From Pocillopora damicornis (taxonomy: Eukaryota), in contig NW_020847347.1 of assembly GCF_003704095.1 (NCBI RefSeq), positions 1 to 64,000 of the forward strand: 64,000 nt of DNA, written 5' to 3'. Each line of letters begins with the position of its first letter. Position 1 is the first letter of the stretch. The position numbers were made by a program, and so were the translations under genes. Positions 62,757-64,000 of the stretch are shown one piece after another. Under the pieces are notes generated by a model that saw only the letters and a list, made by a program, of their open reading frames with translations, was not told where the DNA came from and did no database searches.

Positions 62757-64000
62757 ATCTGTCTCGTTCGCATTGAATTTTAAGCTTAAAGAGCAAATTC
62801 AAAGTGTACTCTCCCAAACGATTGACATTGCGTTTTTGAAAATTTGAAATAACTGCTTAATTTAATCGGATCTTAATTATCTGAAATTATTTGAAAAGCG
62901 GTATAGATGCTTTACAATGTAAAGTCAATCTGGTCATGGTTAGAATCTCAAGCTTCAGAAGTAATTAAGAGATAATGTTGACTTCCTCTTAATTTATTGA
63001 ATTACACGTTATCGATCCAAAAAAAATGGCCTTTTTACAGCAGGAGAGGAACTTTCTAGCGCATGACGTGAGTCTAATCTGTTTATCAGGTGAGCGAGTC
63101 AAAGTCTAATTACTGGCACCCCCCTTAGTAGCTGGCGAAAATATTGACTTAGCTGATCGCGAATATTGACTTAGCACTTTTCTACACAACTTCCAATACT
63201 TAAGTTCATTCCCGGCCTATTGCGTCAATCTTTTTAAAGTTGTTACAAGTCTGAACTGTCATGATAGCCTTCGTACAGCTGCCTTCAACCTTCAAAAATA
63301 TTTATCTATTTGTATTTTTCTACTTCGAAGAGGACAATCTGTAATTACCTTACAAGATTTCGACGTATATTACTACTCAGCTAAGAATTCAATATACTGC
63401 GAAGAGGTGCATCTTTGATTTTTTTCTTTTTGGCTAAGTTTTAAAGAAAGATATGTACATAAAGTAGAATAACACATGAAAATAATTATATTGCATATGT
63501 GATCACTGAGGTATCATACGTAAACAACTGATCCGCCTTAAACTTAATCTCCATTTCAAAATAACTACTTTAGGTCTCCTCATGGGTCTATTGTTGTAAA
63601 TAATTATCAAAAGGAAAATAATATGGCGAATGAGAATGAAAGAAACAGATAAGAATAAAAGTTAATGAGAACATGTATGAAAGAATAGGGAACTTCGTGC
63701 CTGTGATCTTCAGCTCTTGTTTATCTTATAAGAATAAAATACTTAATTCGCGGATCATTTCACTGATTTGCCGGTTTTTTAAGTCGGTGATTCTCATTTG
63801 TGGTTGTAAAAATGAAACATATGATGGAATGGGAACAAGAATGAGAAACACTAACGTATGCACCAACACACGAGAAACGCTAATGTATGCACCGACACCA
63901 TGGCAAATGGAGACAATCTGTCGGTAAGTTCTGAGGATCATATGATATAAGTATATGGAAGAAAACAAAAGGGGCATAATTTGATAATCAAACCTTAGTC

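Noticed and set aside
63535-63622. U12 snRNA (GCCTTAAACTTA and AAGGAAAATAA)
   Set aside because: The blocks are about 65 nt apart instead of adjacent, and the 3' stems are missing.
1-64000. Other short ORFs in the track; CRISPR arrays, operons, prophage
   Set aside because: The ORFs are antisense shadows, exon read-throughs, gap-spanning or repeat-derived. The DNA is eukaryotic and shows no repeat-spacer array.

Overview
AT-rich eukaryotic genomic DNA with spliceosomal introns and four assembly gaps. Gene content and repeat families suggest a cnidarian, probably a scleractinian coral (inference). Layout: RPS11 (-) sits head-to-head with CWF19L1 (+) across a ~170-bp bidirectional promoter. 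An intron-containing tRNA-Leu(CAA) lies antisense inside a CWF19L1 intron. Next come an NXPE/PC-esterase-like gene (+), a head-to-head pair of 10-exon guanylate-binding protein (GBP) paralogues, and four class A GPCRs with single-exon CDSs. MITE, SINE and Penelope-like repeats are scattered throughout. The most interesting unit is the GBP pair. The shared intergenic region is dense in ISRE/IRF-, GAS- and kB-like motifs although cnidarians lack interferon. Both genes carry a U12-type intron with a conserved U2-like donor just downstream. Both end in CaaX, but only one has a polybasic patch. Also notable: three GPCRs combining D3.32 with K7.39, an unannotated spliced minus-strand locus with a KKR-amphipathic segment, and an unexplained GC-rich fold. 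All exon structures were read by eye; no database searches were run.
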